From Phycisphaerales bacterium (lineage in GTDB: Bacteria > Planctomycetota > Phycisphaerae > UBA1845), in the NCBI GenBank assembly GCA_020353195.1, contig CP070691.1:3498362-3562361 (forward strand): 64,000 bases of DNA. The letters are read 5' to 3'. A program made the position numbers and the translations under genes. This document shows, in pieces, positions 9,846 through 19,850 of the stretch. Numbering within the stretch: the first letter of the stretch is position 1; each line of letters opens with the position of its first letter. The notes beneath the pieces were generated by a model. That model was not told where the DNA came from, made no database searches, and was given only the letters and a program-made list of their open reading frames with translations.

Positions 9846-9988
9846 GACGCGGCCCGGCCCGCCGAAGCCGGAGACGGTCCGTTTCGACAACTTGCACCGC
9901 GGGTTGCCGTGTTCAGGGTCGTGGCCGGGGTCGCCGGCGGGTCACCTGGCTCGTGCATGGGCCTGGGGAAACGGATACAATCCCCGGT

Positions 9989-10957
9989 ATGCGAAAGGAT
10001 CGCGGCGTCATTGCCCGGCTGCAGTACGCGGGTCTGCGGCTGTTCACCTCGATCTTGTACATGTTCCCCATCGAATGGAACCTGCGGACCGCCCGTCTGA
10101 TCGGGCGGATCTGGTGGCATGCCATCCCCAGGCATCGCGAGCGCGCTCGGTCTCACCTTCGGCTCGCATATGGGGACGGTCTCTCCGACCGCGAGGTCGA
10201 CCGCGTCGCGCTGCGTTCGATGCAGCATCTGGTGATGATGGTGTTCGAGGCGGCGTTCGCCCCGCGCCTCATCGACGAATGGACTTGGTCGCGGTACGTC
10301 AAGCCCGTCGGGATTCAGGCGGCGCTGGAGGTCCTGCTGCAGGGCAAGGGCGCACTGCTGCTGACTGGTCATTTCGGGAACTGGGAGTTGGCCGGCTACC
10401 TGCTGGCGACGTACGGATTCGACGTGGTGGCGGTCATGCGCCCCCTGGACAACCTGTACATCAACCGGTTCGTGGTGAACACCCGTCGGCGGCGCGGGCT
10501 TCGATTGTTGGATAAGAAGGGGGCCTCGGCTCAGGCCGAGGACGTGATTCGCAGTGGGGCGGCCCTGGGATTCATCGCCGACCAGAACGCGGGCAGGAAG
10601 GGCCTGTTCGTCGACTTCTTTGGCCGCAAAGCCTCGACCTACAAGTCGATTGGATTGCTGGCGATGGCGACACAGGTGCCGATCATCATCGGCTACGCGC
10701 GCCGGACGGGCGATTCATTCTTCTACGAAGTGGGAGTCCAGCGGATCATCTATCCTCACGAATGGCGCGACCGGGACGATCCGCTGCGATGGATTACGCA
10801 GGAGTATACGGCGGCCATCGAGGCGTTCGTGCGGGATTGTCCCGAGCAGTACCTGTGGATTCACCGGCGGTGGCGGTCGCGGCCGAAGGAAGAACTGACC
10901 GCCGCCATGCGCCCATCCCGGCCGCTTGCGGTTGACGCTGGCGCGGGGCCGACCTAG
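9989..10957 (+). CDS. Lysophospholipid / lipid A biosynthesis acyltransferase (LpxL/HtrB family)
   Basis: Hx4E catalytic motif in LLLTGHFGNWELAG, an N-terminal TM segment and a typical length. The start was moved to the ATG at 9989 (MRKDRGVIARLQ). Confidence 0.75.
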   Translation: MRKDRGVIARLQYAGLRLFTSILYMFPIEWNLRTARLIGRIWWHAIPRHRERARSHLRLAYGDGLSDREVDRVALRSMQHLVMMVFEAAFAPRLIDEWTWSRYVKPVGIQAALEVLLQGKGALLLTGHFGNWELAGYLLATYGFDVVAVMRPLDNLYINRFVVNTRRRRGLRLLDKKGASAQAEDVIRSGAALGFIADQNAGRKGLFVDFFGRKASTYKSIGLLAMATQVPIIIGYARRTGDSFFYEVGVQRIIYPHEWRDRDDPLRWITQEYTAAIEAFVRDCPEQYLWIHRRWRSRPKEELTAAMRPSRPLAVDAGAGPT

Positions 10958-11012
10958 AATCCGCCCCGCAAGGCGAACCGTAAACCAGAACCCTGATAGA
11001 AAGGCAGTCGCG

Positions 11013-11345
11013 ATGGCTGGTGCCGATGCGGTCACGATCACCGAATCCAACTTCGAAGAGGTCGTTTTGAAGGCGAAGTGTCCGGTGCTTGTAGACTTCT
11101 GGGCGGAGTGGTGTGCACCGTGCAAGGCGTTGGCCCCGGCGATCAAAGAGCTGGCGGCGGAGTACGCCGGCAAGGCTGTCATCGGCAAGGTGAACGTTGA
11201 CGAGAACGCGTCGCTCACCAGCCAGTGTGGTGTCAGCGCGTTCCCCACGTTGTTGATTTACCGCGACGGCGAGGTCAAGGAGCGGATCGTCGGGCTGAGG
11301 GCCAAGAAGGAGCTCGCCGTTTCGATCGACCGCGTGCTTGAGTAA
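11013..11345 (+). CDS. trxA: Thioredoxin
   Basis: VLVDFWAEWCAPCK active site (WCAPC variant of WCGPC), about 110 aa, thioredoxin-fold pattern FPTLLIYRDGE. Confidence 0.9.
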   Translation: MAGADAVTITESNFEEVVLKAKCPVLVDFWAEWCAPCKALAPAIKELAAEYAGKAVIGKVNVDENASLTSQCGVSAFPTLLIYRDGEVKERIVGLRAKKELAVSIDRVLE

Positions 11346-11430
11346 GAGGTCGCGAAAGCAACGGGAACCCCTCCGGCGATTGACGTACGCGGGCCGCTCA
11401 GTGCCAGGAGAAACTCCCGCCCGTTGTCGC

Positions 11431-12402
11431 TCAGCCGACTTCCCGGGTTTGGAACAGGGCTACGCCGATCAGCAGCGCCGCCGCCACATACAGACCGCAG
11501 TACGCCGCCGTCATCCACACGTAGCTCCCTGGAACGATGATCTCGTCCGAATGAAGGGCCTGGGTCACCCCGATGAGGCTCAAGTTCGGTACGATTCTGT
11601 ACACTGCGGCTGCAACCGCCGAGTCCTCCGCGTGGCGCCCGAACGCGTAATCCGAGATGAGTCCGATCGCCAGAACCGCGGCGCAAGTCAGCAGCGTGCT
11701 GATCTGCCCCAGCCGCGTGGACGCCGCCAGTGCCACCGCCGCCAGCAGCAGGACGCCGCACAGCACGAGGCACGCCGCAGCGATCGGTTGGCCCGCGATC
11801 ATCCCGTCCCAGAACGTCTGGACCTTGAACTCCTCGTCGAAGCAGGCGATGAGGCCCACGGCCACGGTGAAGACCGGGACCGCCCAGCCGACGGCCGTTG
11901 ACGCGAACTCCATGTCATAGAAGTAGTTACAGAAGCCCGCCCCCAGAAGGACCAGCAGCAGACCCCCAAACCCGAACGCGATGACCGGCCAATCCCAGGG
12001 ATCGGCGGAGGTCTGCAGCACCGCGTGCCGCTGCGTCATCACGAACACCATGAAGCTGATGTAGAACGCGACGACCAAGGCCGCCAGCAGCCCCAGATAC
12101 TTGCCGCCCAGGAACGTGGTGCGGCTGACGGGCTTGCTGATAACCGTCAGGGCGGTCTTGTTCTCGATCTCCCGGCTCAGGACGCCGGCGGCGCTGAAGG
12201 AGGCCAAGAACATTCCGCTCAGCAGCAGCGTAGAAAGCCCCAGGTCCATCAGGAGTTTGTCGTCGTCGTCGAGCGTGAAGGCGGCCAGGCCCACGTTCAT
12301 GATCATCAGAAACGCGGTCACCCCCAGGATGACGAGGTAGATGGGCTGGCGAACGGTCTCGATGAATGAGTTGGCTGCGATGCCGAACAGCTTCCCGAAC
12401 AT
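11431..12402 (-). CDS. ABC-2 type transporter permease (NosY/COG1277-like)
   Basis: Six predicted TM segments. The N-terminus FIETVRQPIY and the motif SREIENKTALTVISKPVSRTTFLGGKYLG are typical of ABC-2 permeases. It is paralogous to the 18308-19726 product. The start is at CAT 12400-12402 (MFGKLFG). Confidence 0.65.
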   Translation of the reverse strand: MFGKLFGIAANSFIETVRQPIYLVILGVTAFLMIMNVGLAAFTLDDDDKLLMDLGLSTLLLSGMFLASFSAAGVLSREIENKTALTVISKPVSRTTFLGGKYLGLLAALVVAFYISFMVFVMTQRHAVLQTSADPWDWPVIAFGFGGLLLVLLGAGFCNYFYDMEFASTAVGWAVPVFTVAVGLIACFDEEFKVQTFWDGMIAGQPIAAACLVLCGVLLLAAVALAASTRLGQISTLLTCAAVLAIGLISDYAFGRHAEDSAVAAAVYRIVPNLSLIGVTQALHSDEIIVPGSYVWMTAAYCGLYVAAALLIGVALFQTREVG

Positions 12403-12611
12403 GACGAGCCACCGCAAATGCTTGTCAGGCACCGGGTAACCGCCGGCCCGTGCCTGCGATTCCCGTGCTTGGCATCCCGGGTCGGATATTGTATTCTGCT
12501 GCCCCGACCCGGCAATAGAGACGCCGGTTGATGATCCGGGACCGCTGACGGAGAGACGAAGAGCCGGTCCACCTTGTTCGCAGGGAAACCTTGGCCATTT
12601 CGGAGTCGTCA

Positions 12612-14729
12612 ATGAGAGACCTGGTCGGACCCGACCGGCGAGGCCAGTTAGCCTCGACGGTGGGGCTCGTCATTCAGTTGGCCGGCGTTGCGGTGCTGCT
12701 GGCGCTGGGGATCTGGAGCGGAGCCCAGTCTGTCCTGGTCGGCGGCCGCCATATGCTTGGCGGCGTGTTGATCTGGGTGGTGTTGATCCTGGTCTTCACC
12801 CAGCGGAAGCGGGCGGACCTGAAGGACCGCGAGATCGAAGAGCTCAAGCGTGCCCGCGAGGCTGATCCGTCGCTGAGGATATTCGAGCTGGAAGAAGGCT
12901 CGGTCGAACGCCGCCGTCTGGCCTGGATGTACCGGTGGCTGTTTCTGATCACCACCGTTGTGCTGGCGGCATACCACGTCGTGGCGAGCCTGTTCATCAG
13001 GTGGGCGTGGGACCTCGGCACACCGCTGGAAGACGACGTCTGGACCTCGGTCTCGGCGCCGGGGCCGGTGATGGCGCTGGTGGCCGGCGTGGGGTTCGTG
13101 TGTTTCCTGTACTCCCGATATGCGGCCGGCATGGCGAGGCAGAAGGAGTGGGGGTTGCTGCGGGCCGGCGCGAGCTACCTGGCGGGCAACGCCCTGGCCT
13201 GCCTGGCCGTCGTGGTGTCGGTCGGGCTTCAGTCCTACGACGTTCGCTACGGCGAGCCGATCGTCGCTCATGGCATTCGCATTCTGATGCTGCTGATCGG
13301 CGTGGAATTCCTGATCGCCCTGGTGCTGAACTTCTATCGCCCGCGGATTCCGGGAGAGGAGCCCCGCCCCGCGTTCGACAGCCGCTTGCTGGAGATGATC
13401 AGTGAGCCGGGAGGTGTGGCCCGTTCGATCGCCGACGCGGTGAACTATCAGTTCGGATTCGAGGTCACCAAGACGTGGTTTGCCCAGTTGCTGCGGCGGG
13501 CGTTTTTCCCGCTGGCGGTCCTGGGACTTCTGGCGCTGCTGTTGTTGTCGTCGGTGGTGATCGTCGACGCCGGTGAGATGGCGTTCGTCGAGCATTTCGG
13601 GCGGCTCAAGCAGCCGATCGATCAGCCCTGGGCCCCGGGCCTGCATTTCAAATGGCCCTGGCCCATCGACCGCGTCTATCGCGCCCCGGTTCGCCGGCTG
13701 CAGCAGACGATGGTCGGGGGTACGCCAAGGAAGTCACCCTACGACGAGCAGGGCAAGCTCAAGCCGGTGTTGTGGGCCGAGGAACACGACTTCACCTACG
13801 AGATGATGACGGTGGTCGCCTCGCCGCCGCAGACCGACTATGACAGACTGCCGGGCGCCGGGGACACGGACGAGGGTGAGGGCGAAGGCGAAAGCAGGGC
13901 CGTGGCCGTCAGCCTGATGAACATCTCCGTGCCCATCGAGTACCGGATCAAGAACCTGTACGACTACTTGTATCGCTACGAGGAGGCCAGCAAGGTTCTG
14001 GAGGTCATCGCCTTTCGGGAGTTGTCGGACTACGCCGCCAGCGTGGACGCCGACAGGATCATGTCGGCCGGACGGGCCGAATTCGCCACGAAGTTCCGCC
14101 AGCAGGTTCAAGAAGAGGCGGATCGGCTCGAGCTCGGCATCGAGATCACGTTTCTGGCGTTGCAGGACGCCCACCCGCCGGCGCGGGGGGACGTCGCCAA
14201 GTCTTTTCAGGAAGTGATCACCGCCGACATGGGCAAGAACACGGCGATCGAGACCGCGCGAGGCGAAGCGCGGGAGATGCTGACGTTGGTGGCCGGAAAC
14301 GTGAACCGCGCCGAGGAACTCGTCACCGCGGCGCGCAGGCGCAACGAACTGGCCGAGACCCCCGGCGCGACGCAGGAGGAGAAGGCGCTCGCAGCGCGGC
14401 GGGTGAACGATCTGCTGCAGGGAAACGCTGCCGAGGGCGTGCCGCGCATGAGCGGGGAGGCGGCGCAGATCATCGCCGAGGCCCAGGCGCGGCGGACCCA
14501 GGCGCTCAGCGAGGCCGAGTCCAAGGCCCGGCTGTTCGAGGCGGAGGTAGTGGCCTACGAGGCGGCGGACCAGGTGTACAAGGTGCGAAAGTACCTCGAG
14601 ATGCTCAAGGAGAGTCTGGACAAGATGCGCAAGTTCGTTTTGACCGCCGATGCCAGCGAGATGAACTTGATCGTGATTTTCGAAACGGAGAAGAAGAGCG
14701 TGATCGACATCGCGGAAGAGACGGAGTGA
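12612..14729 (+). CDS. Polytopic membrane protein fused to an SPFH/band-7 (HflK-like) domain and a long coiled-coil tail
   Basis: About 330 aa N-terminal region with multiple hydrophobic helices, then a VVIVDAGEMAFVEHFGRLKQ...PGLHFKWPWPIDRV SPFH core, then QDAHPP...AFQEV and a Glu/Ala-rich helical tail. GGAG lies 8 nt before the ATG at 12612. Confidence 0.8.
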   Translation: MRDLVGPDRRGQLASTVGLVIQLAGVAVLLALGIWSGAQSVLVGGRHMLGGVLIWVVLILVFTQRKRADLKDREIEELKRAREADPSLRIFELEEGSVERRRLAWMYRWLFLITTVVLAAYHVVASLFIRWAWDLGTPLEDDVWTSVSAPGPVMALVAGVGFVCFLYSRYAAGMARQKEWGLLRAGASYLAGNALACLAVVVSVGLQSYDVRYGEPIVAHGIRILMLLIGVEFLIALVLNFYRPRIPGEEPRPAFDSRLLEMISEPGGVARSIADAVNYQFGFEVTKTWFAQLLRRAFFPLAVLGLLALLLLSSVVIVDAGEMAFVEHFGRLKQPIDQPWAPGLHFKWPWPIDRVYRAPVRRLQQTMVGGTPRKSPYDEQGKLKPVLWAEEHDFTYEMMTVVASPPQTDYDRLPGAGDTDEGEGEGESRAVAVSLMNISVPIEYRIKNLYDYLYRYEEASKVLEVIAFRELSDYAASVDADRIMSAGRAEFATKFRQQVQEEADRLELGIEITFLALQDAHPPARGDVAKSFQEVITADMGKNTAIETARGEAREMLTLVAGNVNRAEELVTAARRRNELAETPGATQEEKALAARRVNDLLQGNAAEGVPRMSGEAAQIIAEAQARRTQALSEAESKARLFEAEVVAYEAADQVYKVRKYLEMLKESLDKMRKFVLTADASEMNLIVIFETEKKSVIDIAEETE

Positions 14730-14770
14730 TTCGGCACGTATCCGGCGCCGGGAATAGGAGAGACTCAGGC

Positions 14771-15775
14771 ATGTCCAGTCGTTTGCCCAGCATACTCGCG
14801 GCGGTCGTTCTCGTTGCCGTGCTCGGGTTCTACATGTGTTTCTTCGAGGTGCGGACCACGGAGGTGGCGATCGTCAAGACGTTCGGCGAGGTGAGATCGG
14901 ACGCGATCACGGAGCCGGGGTTGAAGTGGAAGTGGCCCTGGCCCGTGCAGGAGGTCGTCAAGTACGACACGCGTATCCGCATCCTGGAAGATACCGTCGA
15001 GGAGACGCCGACCATCGACAGCAGGAACGTCACCATCACCACGTTTACGGGCTGGGTGGTCTCCGATCCGCACAAGTTCCATACGGCTTACCCCAATCCG
15101 AAGGAAGGCGAGCAGGCCCTGCGCACCAAGATCCGTGCGCATAAGAAGGCCGTCATCGGCCGGCATCGCTTCTCCGAATTCGTCTCCACGCAAGCAGAGG
15201 AGCGCAAGCTGGACGACATCGAGAACGAGATGATGCAGCTCGTTGCCGACGAGGCGCGCCAGGGATTCGGTGTGGACATCAAGGTCTTCGGGATCAAGAA
15301 GCTGGGACTGCCCACCGAAGTGACCTCCCAGATCTTCGAGAAGATGAAAGCGGAACAGAAGACCAAGGCCATCAACTTCGAGGCCGAGGGCAAGGCCAAG
15401 GCCCAGGACATCCTCGCCGAGGCCAGATCCAAGAAGGAGGACGTCCTGGCCGAAGCCCAGCGCAAGGTTGACGAGATCGAGAGCGACGGACGTCGTCGCG
15501 TGGGTGAAATCTACAGAAACTTCGAGGCGCATCCCGAGCTGCAGATCTTTCTGGATAAGCTGCGGGCCATCGAAGAGATCCTCAGGGAGCGGACAACGGT
15601 GTTCTTCGACACGAATCAGGTCCCGATTGACCTGTTTGACGACGAGAAACGCCTCCAGCCGCGGGAGCTGCGGCTGGACTTGGAGGCGGCGGCGGCCGAG
15701 CCCGTGCTCCAAAGTTCAGACGGACAATCCGGACCCGAGACGGAATCCGGTGCGACTCCGGAGCGGATGCCATGA
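14771..15775 (+). CDS. SPFH/band-7 protein, HflC-like
   Basis: Single N-terminal TM, then VRTTEVAIVKTFGEV...PGLKWKWPWPVQEV, followed by a Lys/Glu-rich coiled coil. AGGAGAG precedes the ATG at 14771. The alternative GTG at 14726 would overlap the upstream stop. Confidence 0.8.
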   Translation: MSSRLPSILAAVVLVAVLGFYMCFFEVRTTEVAIVKTFGEVRSDAITEPGLKWKWPWPVQEVVKYDTRIRILEDTVEETPTIDSRNVTITTFTGWVVSDPHKFHTAYPNPKEGEQALRTKIRAHKKAVIGRHRFSEFVSTQAEERKLDDIENEMMQLVADEARQGFGVDIKVFGIKKLGLPTEVTSQIFEKMKAEQKTKAINFEAEGKAKAQDILAEARSKKEDVLAEAQRKVDEIESDGRRRVGEIYRNFEAHPELQIFLDKLRAIEEILRERTTVFFDTNQVPIDLFDDEKRLQPRELRLDLEAAAAEPVLQSSDGQSGPETESGATPERMP

Positions 15776-17061
15776 CCGGTTCTTGCCATTGCCACCCCCC
15801 GAAGACGCCCGGGCCGGACGAGGTCCCGCTCGATGCGGCGAGCCAGTCGCTGGCCGACGCCCTGCGGGCCAGCTTCCGCATTCTCAAAGCGATCATGTTC
15901 CTGCTGGTGATCGTGTTCCTGTGCTCGGGGATCGGGATCGTCGACAACAGCGAGGAGGCGGTCGTACTGCAGTTCGGCAAGCTGAAGCTCAAGGACGGCC
16001 GACCCTACCCCCCGGGGATCCTCTGGGCGCTTCCCTATCCGGTGGACGAACCGCTGAAGGTGCCCACCAAGCAGCGAAACAAGCTGAGGATCATGAGTCA
16101 TTGGTTTCACATCCGGGAGGCCGATGAAGCCAAACCGCTCAGGGAACTGTCCGTGCTGTACCGGGGAAAGCTGGATCCGGCCAAGGATGGGGCGCTGTTG
16201 ACCGCCGACGAGGGATTGGTCCACGTGAAGTGGACGTTGTTCTACCGGATCCACGATCTCGAACAGTTCGTGTGCAACGTTGCCGACACCGTGGGGGATG
16301 ACGTCGATACGCTGGTTACGTCGCTGTTGGAAAGCGCTGCAATACGGGTAGTGGCCGGCTACTCCGCTGCGGAGGTTGACCGGACGAAGACGGCCGACAT
16401 GGCCGCGAGGGTCAGGAGTGAGGTGAACGCCGCGCTCGATCGATTGGGAGCGGGCATCCGGGTCGAATCGTTGGAGCCGGAGACCACGGTTCCCATGGAC
16501 ACGATCGACGCGTTCGCCGAGGTGACCAGGAAAGAGAACGAGAAGGCGACGCGCATCCAGGAGGCGCGCAAGCAGGCCAACGAGATCCTGACCAGCACCG
16601 CCGGCGACGCCCACGAATACTTGACTGAGACGATCGAGGCCCTCAAGCAGGCCCGGGCGGAGGGCGACGCGTCTCAAGTGGCCGCTCTCCAGGCCGAGGT
16701 CGATGAGGCCCTCGAGGTGCGAGCCTCCGGCCAGGCCGGCAGCATGATATCCCAGGCGAAGGCGTACTACACGAAGGCGGTACAGAAGATCGAGGGCGAC
16801 GTGGAAGGCTACCGGGCTGTCCTGGACGAATACTCGCGCAGCCCGAAGCTGTTGATCAACCGCTTGTGGCAGGAAGCGCGCACAAGGCTTCTCGCCGCCG
16901 AGGGGGTAACGAAAATCGGCATTCCCCTGGGCGTCAAGGAGATTCGCGTCCAGCTCGGCCCCGATCCCCAGCAACGAGAACTCGACGAGATCGAGAGGCT
17001 GAAGAAGGAGAAGGATGCGAGAAGCGGGCCCGGTTCTCCTGGTGCGACTGGACGAAAATGA
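15772..17061 (+). CDS. SPFH/band-7 protein, HflK-like
   Basis: TM segment (IMFLLVIVFLCSGIGIV), then EEAVVLQFGKLK...PGILWALPYPVDE, and a long helical C-terminus. Its ATG overlaps the upstream stop (ATGA at 15772-15775). Confidence 0.8.
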   Translation: MTGSCHCHPPKTPGPDEVPLDAASQSLADALRASFRILKAIMFLLVIVFLCSGIGIVDNSEEAVVLQFGKLKLKDGRPYPPGILWALPYPVDEPLKVPTKQRNKLRIMSHWFHIREADEAKPLRELSVLYRGKLDPAKDGALLTADEGLVHVKWTLFYRIHDLEQFVCNVADTVGDDVDTLVTSLLESAAIRVVAGYSAAEVDRTKTADMAARVRSEVNAALDRLGAGIRVESLEPETTVPMDTIDAFAEVTRKENEKATRIQEARKQANEILTSTAGDAHEYLTETIEALKQARAEGDASQVAALQAEVDEALEVRASGQAGSMISQAKAYYTKAVQKIEGDVEGYRAVLDEYSRSPKLLINRLWQEARTRLLAAEGVTKIGIPLGVKEIRVQLGPDPQQRELDEIERLKKEKDARSGPGSPGATGRK

Positions 17062-17097
17062 CGCCGCAGCCTCGACGGCGGCGATGGCAGACCCCAG

Positions 17098-18315
17098 ATG
17101 ATCCGTCAAGGCCATATGACCGGCAAGAACATCCCCGTCCTGCAAACCGTCGGCCTGACCAAGGTGTTCAAGGACTTCTGGCGGCGCGACAAAGTCGAAG
17201 CCGTCAAGAATCTCAACCTGGAGATCTACCGGGGTGAGGTTTTCGGCCTGTTGGGGCCCAACGGGTCGGGCAAGAGCACCGCGATCAAGATGCTGCTCGG
17301 ACTGCTCTATCCCACGCGCGGGCAGATCGCGGTTTTCGGTCGGGCTCCAACCGACGTGGCGATCAAGGCCCGAATCGGGTTCCTGCCCGAGGAGTCCTAT
17401 CTGTACCGCTTCCTCAACGCGCGCGAGACGCTCGACTACTACGGGCGTCTGTTCCATCTGCCGGCACGAGTCCGTCGGGAACGCATCGAGAAACTGCTCG
17501 ACATGGTCGGGCTCAGGCATGAAGCCCGACGCCGGCTTGGGGAGTACTCGAAAGGAATGGCGCGGCGGATCGGCCTCGCCCAGGCGCTGATCAACGACCC
17601 GGATTTCCTGATCCTGGACGAGCCGACGGCGGGGATGGATCCGATCGGCACCCGCCAGATCAAGGACCTGATCCGTCAGCTCGGCGACCGCGGCAAAACC
17701 ATCCTGCTGTCGAGCCATCTACTCGCCGACGTCGAGGACGTGTGCGACCGCGTCGTGATTCTCTACGGCGGGCATCAGCGGGCGGCGGGGCGGGTCCGCG
17801 AGCTGCTCAGCCAGGAAGACCGAACGCAAATCATCACCCAGAAGCTCGGCCCCCAGACCATCGAGCGAATCCGTGACCTCATCCGGCGGGATGAAGCCAA
17901 GGACGTGTTGGACGTCAGCTCGCCGGCGCAGAAGCTGGAGACCATCTTCCTGCAGATCGTCGAAGAGGCCCAGGCCGCCAACATCGCGACCTCCGGTGCC
18001 CGGGCTGCCGGGGCCACGCCCGATTTCCTGGGCACCGGCGATGCCGGCGAGGACGTGGTGACCGAACTGATCGAAGCCGCACAGACGCCGCCGACACCCG
18101 AACCGGAGGAGCCCGCCCCGGTGGTGCCCGCCAAGGCCGCACCGGCCGACGACGTGATCGAGGAACTGGTTGCGGAAGCGGCGCCGACGGACCCCGCCCT
18201 GACGGGATCGCCGGACGAGGAACCGGATGCGACGCCACGCAAGCAGGTCGGGGCGGACCGCGGCGTGATCGATTCGCTGCTGACTGACGACAAGGAAACG
18301 AACAGCAGTGACTAG
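17098..18315 (+). CDS. ABC transporter ATP-binding protein with low-complexity Pro/Ala/Glu C-terminal extension
   Basis: Walker A GLLGPNGSGKST, signature YSKGMARR, Walker B FLILDEPTAGMDP and H-loop LLSSHLL. An alternative ATG exists at 17116. Confidence 0.9.
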   Translation: MIRQGHMTGKNIPVLQTVGLTKVFKDFWRRDKVEAVKNLNLEIYRGEVFGLLGPNGSGKSTAIKMLLGLLYPTRGQIAVFGRAPTDVAIKARIGFLPEESYLYRFLNARETLDYYGRLFHLPARVRRERIEKLLDMVGLRHEARRRLGEYSKGMARRIGLAQALINDPDFLILDEPTAGMDPIGTRQIKDLIRQLGDRGKTILLSSHLLADVEDVCDRVVILYGGHQRAAGRVRELLSQEDRTQIITQKLGPQTIERIRDLIRRDEAKDVLDVSSPAQKLETIFLQIVEEAQAANIATSGARAAGATPDFLGTGDAGEDVVTELIEAAQTPPTPEPEEPAPVVPAKAAPADDVIEELVAEAAPTDPALTGSPDEEPDATPRKQVGADRGVIDSLLTDDKETNSSD

Positions 18316-19726
18316 CATCTGGGCCGTCGCCCGACACATGATCGCCGAGGCGATCCGGATGAAGATCGCCTTGTTCTTCATCTGCCTGCTGGCCCTGTTG
18401 ATTTTCGGGTTGCCGTTCGTGGCCCGTGGAGACGGTACGGTGAGCGGGGCGGTGCAGGCGTTCATGACCTACGCCCTGACCGCGGTCTCGTTTCTGCTGG
18501 CGCTTCTGACCCTGTTCATGTCCCGATCCCTGTCCGACGAACTGGTGAACCGGCAGATTCTGATCCTGATGGCCAAGCCCTTGCCGCGCTGGCAGTTCAT
18601 GTTCGGCAAGTGGTTGGGAATCGTGGTGTTCGACGTGGTCCTGCTGGTGATCGCCGGCGCGGGCATCTGTGGGATGGTGCGCTACATCGCCGCGTCGGAG
18701 CCGGCGCGCGACGAGCTGGATCGTCAGAAGCTCGACGGTGAGGTGTTGACCGCCCGGCACCGCGTGGAGGCCGAGGTGCCCGGCGACATGTTCAAGCGCG
18801 TCGCCGAAACGGAGTTTGAACGCCGCCGGGAGGAGGGGCTGTACGCCGACATCACGGACCTGAACCCCGACCGGGTCAAGGAGGATCTGCGGCGCCAGGT
18901 GGAGGCGGACTGGCGCAGCATCGTGCCGCTCACCTACCGCGTGCTGCAGTTTGACAACGTCCTGTGCGACCGCAGAGCCGACCGCACGATCCAGATCCGC
19001 TACAAGGCCGTCGCCACGCGGTCCCCGCCGGACGAGATCATCCGTTCGCGGTGGGTGATCGGCGATCCGGAGAAGGTGGCCCCCGTCGTCGTGCTCCGCC
19101 GCGACGTGCACGACCGGTTCCACACCTTCTCCGTTCGCGCCGACGCGGTCGCCGAGGACCGGACCCTGACCATCCGTCTGGACAACGTCAATCCCTACGC
19201 CGACGATCCGGCGTATCCCCGCGAGCCGCCGAACACCGTGTACTCGCTCCCCGTGATCCGCCTGGACGAGAAGGCCGGCGTCGAGGTGCTCTTCGCGGTC
19301 GGGACGTTCGAGGGCAACGTGGTCCGCGTGCTGGCGCTGATCCTGTTCAAGCTCATGTTTCTGGCCGCCTTGGGCCTGTTGGCGACGTCCGTATTTTCAT
19401 TCCCGGTCGCCTGCATGGTGTCGTTGACGGTGTACGTGCTTGCGGGGGCCCGCGGGTTCATCGCCGAAGCCCTCCTGTACCTCGGAGACGAAGGGGCGGT
19501 GCAGGTGTTTCAGATAGTGTTCGGCCTGGTGCTGCGGGTGGTGCTGTTCGTGATTCCGGATTTCCCGCGCTATGATGCGGTCGATGTCCTGGTCGACGGG
19601 CGGAACGTGACCCTGCTCTGGGTACTTCAGGGATTTGGGCGACTGGCTGTCATCCAGACCGGTGTTCTTCTGCTGTTGGCGTGTCTGTTGTTCCATCGCC
19701 GCGAGGTGTCGGAGGTTTCGATCTGA
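18308..19726 (+). CDS. ABC-2 type permease paralog with a large (about 200 aa) extracytoplasmic loop
   Basis: Three N-terminal and three C-terminal TM segments. The motif SDELVNRQILILMAKPLPRWQFMFGKWLG is paralogous to the 11431-12402 product. Its GTG start overlaps the ATPase stop. Confidence 0.6.
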   Translation: MTSIWAVARHMIAEAIRMKIALFFICLLALLIFGLPFVARGDGTVSGAVQAFMTYALTAVSFLLALLTLFMSRSLSDELVNRQILILMAKPLPRWQFMFGKWLGIVVFDVVLLVIAGAGICGMVRYIAASEPARDELDRQKLDGEVLTARHRVEAEVPGDMFKRVAETEFERRREEGLYADITDLNPDRVKEDLRRQVEADWRSIVPLTYRVLQFDNVLCDRRADRTIQIRYKAVATRSPPDEIIRSRWVIGDPEKVAPVVVLRRDVHDRFHTFSVRADAVAEDRTLTIRLDNVNPYADDPAYPREPPNTVYSLPVIRLDEKAGVEVLFAVGTFEGNVVRVLALILFKLMFLAALGLLATSVFSFPVACMVSLTVYVLAGARGFIAEALLYLGDEGAVQVFQIVFGLVLRVVLFVIPDFPRYDAVDVLVDGRNVTLLWVLQGFGRLAVIQTGVLLLLACLLFHRREVSEVSI

Positions 19727-19850
19727 TTGAAATCGCGAGAAGCCCGTGGCGAATCACGGAGCGGAATCCTTACCGCAGCCGATGCGGAGGCATGAAGCAG
19801 AGTGTGAAGGGAGCGGGGGCTTCGGAGTGCCCCGCCGCAGGCAGCAGGCA

